A stretch of DNA of 64,000 nucleotides from Klebsormidium nitens. Its lineage: Eukaryota; Plantae; Klebsormidiophyceae. Below are positions 56,901 through 64,000 of this stretch, one piece after another; position 1 is the stretch's first letter; each line of letters opens with the position of its first letter. A program made the translations under genes and the position numbers. The notes under the pieces are model-generated. The model was not told the DNA's origin. It ran no database searches and worked only from the letters and a program-made list of their open reading frames with translations. The stretch lies in NCBI GenBank assembly GCA_000708835.1, contig DF237427.1:1-64000 (forward strand), in the 5' to 3' direction.

Positions 56901-57623
56901 CTGAGAGTGAGGCAAACAAGCTTTGTCTGTGAGCGCCGTTCTTCATCCTGGAAAACAGATCTCTTCATGAGACCCTAACTTGTGTCAGCTGCTGCTAAGT
57001 TCCAAGGATTCAAATCTCCCCACTGAAAGGCATCATTTCATTCCAGTGATGGCCGACAACTCAGGTGACTTTATTCTTACACACAACTGTCCGAAATACA
57101 TTGAGCATCTGAGCTGCAGGCCTGGAGTGAGTGTCTGTCTACCTACATTTTCACCTAAGGATGTCCCAGGATCACTTGATTCTGCAACTTATGTGCTATT
57201 CACTGATCCAACTCGCCCTGACCGCACATATCAGCCAAATCAGTCACAGAATGCATAGCGCAGCACCAGGGACACCTTATAAAAAGAGAGGACTGAACAA
57301 GCAAATCTGCTCACTACAGCTTCAGATCTAGATCTCGAAGGTCCAGATACTGACAGTAAGACACATTGCCGCAGTTTAGGGAAACAAAGTTACATTGCTG
57401 CACTCAAGACCAGGCATTCGGAGGTATCATTTGTGCTTGGAAGATAAAAAACTCACTACTTCAGCACATCAGGGGGCGTGACCGTGGCATCGGGGGCCGC
57501 CGGGTCATCAGCAACCGCGCGGATGGGAGCGAAGGTCCTGCTGGAGGGAGCAGCAGTCCTGGAGGCCGTGAAGAGAGAGGCGCCAGAGAGGCGGGCCACA
57601 GAGGCGAGGGCGGAGGAAGCCAT
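53954..57623 (-). CDS. LHCSR: Stress-related light-harvesting complex protein LHCSR (LI818), 6 exons, 244 aa including chloroplast transit peptide
   Basis: Exons 57623-57457, 56777-56732, 56376-56331, 55532-55404, 54943-54767, 54123-53954; GT-AG and phase-consistent, 735 nt. Transit peptide [14 protein letters not shown].... LHC helices [15 protein letters not shown] and [26 protein letters not shown]-diagnostic motifs [19 protein letters not shown] and FWEPL...[13 protein letters not shown]. Confidence 0.96.
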
Positions 57624-60113
57624 GGCTGCTAATGCTTGCGAGGTTGCTTCCAGTTACAATGCAATGCAAGGTTTCAGATTGTGACTGACTTTGTCTGCTC
57701 AACTTGAGATCTGATCTAAGTTTCGACAAGACAAAGCTGAACCTTGGCTTATCTTCCAGATCTAGCTAGATTCAGAGCAAGTTGCTGATATTTGGTACGT
57801 ACCAGGCGGACAAGTTGTGGGGGATCACTGGAGAGACTCCGGCCTGGTACGTACCAAAAGCAGTTGACTGAGCTAGGGCAGTAAAGATGCTAGGCTGTGG
57901 ATCTGTGGAAACGGAGGGCTGAGCACAAGCCGGAACATCGCACCTGACGCCCTGACGGTTGGCCGCCACTTTTTGGAATGTTTCTCTTCAGAAGACGGAC
58001 CTTTTTGCACCTCCCCGTGGGTCCCCAACCAATGCATGCGCCTAATTTCAGCCAAACTGCTTTCTACAGGCGACGCGTGTCCTTGATTCAAGAACAGGGC
58101 CCTCCGTGAGCCACGATGCTGGCTTTCAGCCGTCCGATGAGGTTCAGATTTCTCCTCTTGTCCTGGAACTGAATATTATCGGGGGCAAGTTGACCAATCA
58201 AACTGCTTTGTTCACTTTATGTCGACGTGGTCTCTTCCACGGCTGCCATCTAGGATTCAAGAGATCAGCAACCATCTGATTTGGCGGAATCCCTTCTCCG
58301 ATCCGCGTGCCGCTGTGCAGCCAGGGTGGCAGTTCCGCCGGAATCCGCAATGTGGTTGCTCCTGACTTTCACAGTGACACGCACGTTCACTTCGTAAATT
58401 GTAAGCAAGACTGTAGCCTTTTGATCAGCTGTGGTTTTACAACCGTCTTCTTTGAGCTTCTTTGACCTTTCTCCAGCGCTGAGCTTTTATCAAATGTATC
58501 TTGGTAATCCACTGAGAATGTTGTATGAAACCACGAGTCTGTTCTGGGGCCACCATGTGACAATGGTGAACAAGAAAGATGCAGCTTTTCAATGCTGTGC
58601 GTACAAGCAGACACATGCAAGCTGCATTCGGCCAACTTCACTTCTCTCTGAGGCCAACTCCTGAGACTCCCGGCTTTATCGTAGGCCACACAGCTGCAAC
58701 ACCAATCGTCTTGTGGCGCAGTGCCAGAAAACGTGGAGCCAGACGGTGAGCGCCTATGGATCGATGGACAGGAGGGGGTAAAGCAATGCTCTAATAAGCT
58801 CTTTCCAAGCATTCAAGGCTGGTTTTCATTTAAAGAGCTTGCTGTCGGTCAATCTGGAAGCCTGAATTCTCGGTCAATCTGAAAGCTTTAATTCCTTCGA
58901 AGATTGACTGCACAGGGTTTTCAGTTTCTGAAGTGCACTGGTTCTCCTTGATCAGCATTGATCGGCTCAAAGCCAAACAGGTTCAGCGGCCCCTTGTGCG
59001 GCCCTCAGAAGAGCTCATCGTGGGAATTGGAAGAAAACTTTCTCTGAATCTCAGCCAGCTTATGCCCGTTTTAGAGGAAGAAGTCATCCAGCTTCTGAAC
59101 CTTTCTTCAATGATGAGCGAGCGGGCACTTGCACATGTGCTATCAGACTTCTGCTTGTGCCAGACTGAAAAGCTCCATAACTTATGCTGGTGCTGGAAGT
59201 GGAAAGCTTCATTGCACCTGGTTACCTATACAGGAGGGTCCTAAATTGGACATGTAGACTGAGGACGAGTTCGATCGATTCTTGCATTGGAAGGGACTAA
59301 GGGATACCTTCACTCGAAGCCGCTTCTGTATACACCAGATTGCGATGAAGCGCAGCCAGCAAAGACAAGATGGCCTGGCTCAACCATTCAGCGATCGTTT
59401 CAATTGGTTGAACAGTAGCTGCCCTTCACAAAGTCCCCAAGAGCCAACGCCCCATCATTTCAAAGGATTTGACCCTTTGAGATGGTTCTCTTACCAGGCA
59501 CTTGCAGTTGTCATTCAATATTCCATCAGTTGGAGACTTGAACGGGTTTTATCAACTTGAAAGTCCAAGATGCATGCTCTTTCTCACCTCTTACTTCAAA
59601 TTCCCTGCAGGCTGTCAACCGTAAGTCCTCTGCAAGCTTCGCAAGGCAGTGCGGTAACCCCGACAGTAAGGCCCAGAGTTTCCATTCTCTTGCGCTCAAT
59701 AATAAAGCGATCAGTCCCAGTTTTGTGCTTTTGCATACGGGCGTCTGTTGTTAGTGAAATCGTTGAACCCCTCGCTGATGACTATTTGTAATCGAACCAC
59801 TGGGGCACAAACTCAGTTGGTGCAGAACGGTTTGTCTCAATGAGTTGTAATTGACACAAATGCCGCACTGTCCTTGGCAGGACTGGTCTCTAGACTAGTT
59901 GTAAAAGCTCAATTATATATAGCATTCAGGCGGGTGTGGCTAGTGAGGGGGTTTCGCGTGGGCAGTGGTCTGGAGCAGGTAGGTGTTCGAATTTTTGTTT
60001 TGGGTGTTCGATGCAGTCTGGTTTGCGATTAGGCTTCCTTTGATTGATGCTTACTATATGACTGATCAGTGAAGATAATTCAATCTAGTAAGTTTTTGCA
60101 GGGAGCACGAGCC

Positions 60114-61679
60114 ATGGATTCCGAGACTGCGGATCTTCGGGCGTACATCCAGAACGGAATCAGCAACGTGTGGTACACAAGCAGCGAGGATGCCATCATT
60201 CCCGGTGGAATGTTCATCCGCGCCTCAGGAAACCCTCTCAAGATGGAGGTGGGAACTCTTAAGAAGAGCGAAAATGTCTTGCTGGTTGGGGAATGCTTGA
60301 GGCCCAGTCGCAATTCCTTTTAGATCGTCGTACCTCCTTGAGTGTTCATTCTCATTTTATTCACAACCTCTTACTTTTGTAGTCCCCCAGCCCCGTGCTG
60401 ATGTAGTTTCAACCTCTCACTGACTGCTAAGACTGTTGCCTAAGTCAAGGCTGTGATCTCGCGCCGGCTGACCGTGCATCCTCACACCTGGATTCTGAAC
60501 CGAAAGCCTCCCTAGCACCGTGCACTTTCTGAAACGCTCAGAGAGACTAAGCTTTCTAAGGGTAATACTGATGTACAAAAGGCTACAGTGTCCACTTCTT
60601 CAAATTGCCAGGTGTCAAGATTTCGCTCGATCTGGAATAACAGGGACGAGTTGGATCTCGTACATTCAACCATTGCAGCTCTTTTTGGTAGTCACTCCAA
60701 GCCCAGTTCACATGAGTCCAAGTTCGAGGCAGAGGCATGCTTGCCGATCAGACCAAGCAACCAATCACAAAACTTGTCCCTACCCTATATTCACCAGAGT
60801 GACTTGGAACACCAAACCACTGGCCATGAGCGAACTTGCACGGACCGGCTACTTTCTTACCTCCTATGAATCGGTCCGTGATTCTCAGCTCTTCGAAATA
60901 CAGGGGCTGGCAGCGTTCGTCGAAGAAAACGACGAGCTCTTCGAAGAGAAAGTCCTGGACATTGAGAAGTTAGAGGTAGGTCCGTATCTGATCGAAGTTC
61001 TCGAAGCTAGCAAGCCGAGGGGATCAGTCAGAATGCTCCAGTCGAAAGCCACTCGTGATCTGGAGTTCACCTGAACAGTGTCACTGCCCGGATGCAAAAC
61101 GAGTCAGACAAGCGTGTGAAGGAGTTAGGCCTTCGATTCAGGTAAAGTAAGCTTCAAGTAAAGTAAGCCAAGCAACCTGGGACGGGTGGGGCTACTTTGG
61201 GGGTTAGGGTGGGTTCGGGTGCGGAGCGGGTCATTTTGAGGGTTAGGTTTTCAGTGTTAGGCTGGGAGCTTACTCTACTTAAAATGAAGAGACATTAGAA
61301 GGAGGACCACCGCTTCTAGAAAAGAAGCCTCGAGGAAGTAATTTCTCGGAAATAACAGGACTGAAATAGTAGTTGCGCTTAAGTTGACGACTTGCTTGTT
61401 TGCCACTTTGATGAACTGCAGGCAATCTTCTTCAGTGTGGAAGCGGTTCTCGTGTTCTAACAAATGCAAAGTGTTGGAACTCCCTGAAGCTCCGTGTTCT
61501 TGGTGCAGATCCGGGGTGACGTGGCATGGACGGTATTGAAGATGTACCAGGACTTTTCGTATCGTGGCACTCGTCACAAGGACACATTCAGGTACACCGT
61601 GATCCTTGAGAGAAAGCCACTTGAGAGATGGAGGGTTGCTCACATGCATCGAAGCTCACCTTTAAAGGAGGCGCCTTGA
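60114..61679 (+). CDS. NTF2/SnoaL-like fold protein, DUF3804-like, 3 exons, 125 aa
   Basis: Exons 60114-60248, 60904-60975, 61509-61679, all phase 0, GT-AG: MDSETADLRAYIQNGISNVWYTSSEDAIIPGGMFIRASGNPLKME-GLAAFVEENDELFEEKVLDIEKLE-IRGDVAWTVLKMYQDFSYRGTRHKDTFRYTVILERKPLERWRVAHMHRSSPLKEAP. GDVAW...RYTVILER...WRVAHMHRSS is the NTF2/SnoaL strand pattern. FIRxSGNP and FxYxG...D...WxVAxMxRS recall DUF3804 (from memory, not searched). Confidence 0.75.
61156..61280. mobile_element. Short MITE-like element in intron 2 of the NTF2-like gene, related to the 43042-43234 element
   Basis: 13-bp TIR aagtaaagtaagc / gcttactctactt (1 mismatch). It contains 30 nt identical to 43117-43146 (ggttagggtgggttcgggtgcggagcgggt) at 61202-61231. 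Confidence 0.6.
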
Positions 61680-62944
61680 AGTGAAGCTCCAATATGCATG
61701 TGTATTATCAGTAAGTATCCATCGAGCTTACTTCTGAAGTCCTCTTTAGAAACTTCCGCTAGACAACGTGCCATCTAGGAGAGGAGATTGAGTGTGCACT
61801 GGTTAATGTTGTATCACGGGGTTTTGAACAAGCTTGAAAAACTTGGAACACAAAACGGACGGCATTGTCTAGAATCCATCAGAACCTAAAATTCCCTGTT
61901 TCGACGTAAGACTCAGCGGGGACACATGGTGTGCGACTCACTGGCAAGCTAGACTTGGATATAGCAAGCCTGCCAGTTTTAGTTGGCGGCCTGATCGACA
62001 TTCGGAAACACGAACGAAGCTTCGAAGCTGGTGGAACAAGAGGAATTTGGCTAGCTTTCAGAATCGATTTCAAAGTTACCAGCAGGATCACAAGCTGATC
62101 ACAAGCTGGCTGTTCGGTTGCTCTAAGGAATGATACGCGAACCATACACGCAAAGTGTACTATCAGTCTGACATGGGAGTGATTTCGACAATGAGTCGTT
62201 GACAGTAGGATCTGTTTCTAAAGACTTAAATTAGATATACTCGTGAGCTTTCATTGTGATTGAATAATGCGCAGCGCCAGGACATTGGCCGCAGCGCATG
62301 AGGCCCATCATTGCATCGTCGCACGTGCCCATATCAGACTTTCAAGGGCTCCCACTGCATGAAGACTCATGCCCATGGGCTGTACGAATGAAGTTTCTAC
62401 ACGGTTAACTATGTTTTTTCATAGATTCCGACAACCACGTTAGATTGCGCGCGCCGCGCATGGCCGGTCATAGAGGACCCTTGCAAGACATTCAATAGAG
62501 ACCGGACACGGCATGTACGTAGGATCACCACAGCTCTCGTGTAAATAAAGATAATTGAAACGGACGACATCGTGGCCTTCAATCTCAGCTACGCAATATT
62601 TAAAAGGCTACGGTCCCCGCTTGGTCTAGCTAGGCTATTACAACCATATATGCGGCGCAAACATGCAATCCTTGTCGACTCGGACTCTGTAACTGCATGA
62701 ATGTGGCCACGGGTATAGCTTTCACCGATGCGCCCGCGTCGAAGCCATGATGCACACTGCTACGACCGTACGTACTGCAATCAATCAATATGACTCTTAG
62801 AAATTAGCGATATATGATACTAATTAGATAGTGAATCGAGAAATGGAAACCTTTGGATGAATTGGAGTCCTCTGATTACGATTACGGTACTCGTTCTGTC
62901 CAGCCTGGCTGCTTGGCACACACTCATCGGTCCCAATGACAATT

Positions 62945-63054
62945 TAACATTGAATAACAATCTACTAATCTACACTCCAGACACTCCAGGCTTTCAGGCT
63001 TAAGAATAACGGGAGAATAACATTGAATAACAATTCACTAATCTACACTCCAGA
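62945..63054. repeat. 37-bp direct repeat, 2 copies, intergenic
   Basis: taacattgaataacaat(ct/tc)actaatctacactccaga at 62945 and 63018. Confidence 0.85.
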
Positions 63055-64000
63055 ACGTAACTCCAAGCCTGGTTTTCGTGGAGGTGGCTCAGTGGACTCA
63101 CGGTACCACGTGATTGTAGACTCACTGTAGGTATAGGAGATGTCAACATTCTGTTCACTTATGCTCTGACCTGTCGCTACGGTTCTAGTTTAACAGCATG
63201 GAGACCGCTTAGATCGTTACTATTACTACGGTACTATTAGTCAACGACACTGCACAGGCAAACCCGCTTCCCGGGCCATGCAAGCTGGAGCTAGCTGCCC
63301 AGTGCCCAACGATACATACATGTATGAGATGTTAACCATAGAGTTAACATTCTATCCTGTTTGGGTTGTTCTACCATATGGAGTTTTGTCCAGCTGCCGG
63401 CCCCATGGGTGCCCCTCGGTTTGGCTCGGTTTTGCCGGCTCCGTATATATATAGTCCGCTTTCATTGTTTCACACTGTGAATGGCAGAGCCTGAGAAGCA
63501 TCAAGCATGTCAAGACCAAGTCATGAAGTCATGCTTGAAATATCTCATCTTGTATTAACAGGTCGAGATAGCCTGTCACACCTCCTTTAGCATCACTATT
63601 CATATGTGACATGAATTGTGGATTGCACACTGACAGCATGGAAACGAGCATGTGTGAACCAGACATCATATAAAGATCTGGCATCCTCACTTATAGCTGG
63701 CAATGCAATCTTGAGATGGCAAAAGAAAAGCTCAACAAACTCAATTGGGCTTATGTTTTTGATCATATCGACTGTACAAAAATTGATCAAAATGAGCAGC
63801 TTAGTTCGTCTCAAACGGTTCTAGAAGTATCCCTTTATCTGATCAACATGAGAACGTGTCCCTAACCACTACAGCTGAACTAGGCTCGGATGCTGAGTCC
63901 TTCTAGCAACAACGGCTGCAATTATGATTTTGAAATTTCAACCAAGCAATCGAGAGAAAGAGGCATCCAGATCAAGGTGGATATTCAAGCAATGCTAACA

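Noticed and set aside
59270-59430. Minus-strand WLSQAILSLLAALHRNLVY resembling a kinase subdomain VI
   Set aside because: There is no HRD/DFG or other kinase motif, and in-frame stops flank it.
60520-61074. 184-aa ORF as a single CDS
   Set aside because: Only 60904-60975 fits the NTF2-like model with phase-0 junctions on both sides. The rest is intronic.

Overview
This is eukaryotic, intron-rich genomic DNA. The LHCSR sequence type and gene style suggest a streptophyte alga such as Klebsormidium (inference). I assembled gene models by hand from GT-AG sites and checked the reading phase at every junction. (1) A 12-exon secreted purple acid phosphatase, 609 aa (+, 2212-9417). (2) An intronless secreted Cys-rich, Pro/Ser/Thr-rich, probably GPI-anchored protein, 146 aa (-, 11779-12219). 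(3) The N-terminal half of a GH16/EG16-like glucanase gene with a broken donor site and no catalytic exon that I could find (-, 13589-15475). (4) A 30-exon giant coiled-coil gene of about 2,680 aa spanning 28.6 kb (-, 19887-48486). (5) A 6-exon LHCSR gene, 244 aa (-, 53954-57623). (6) A 3-exon NTF2/SnoaL-fold protein resembling DUF3804, 125 aa (+, 60114-61679). There is also a decayed LINE ORF1 fragment and several MITE-like elements. The standout observation is in the giant coiled-coil gene: by eye, at least 22 of its 29 introns carry 1-5 decayed tandem copies of the adjacent exon edge together with its splice site. The units are about 125-205 bp, and they range from nearly identical to barely recognisable.
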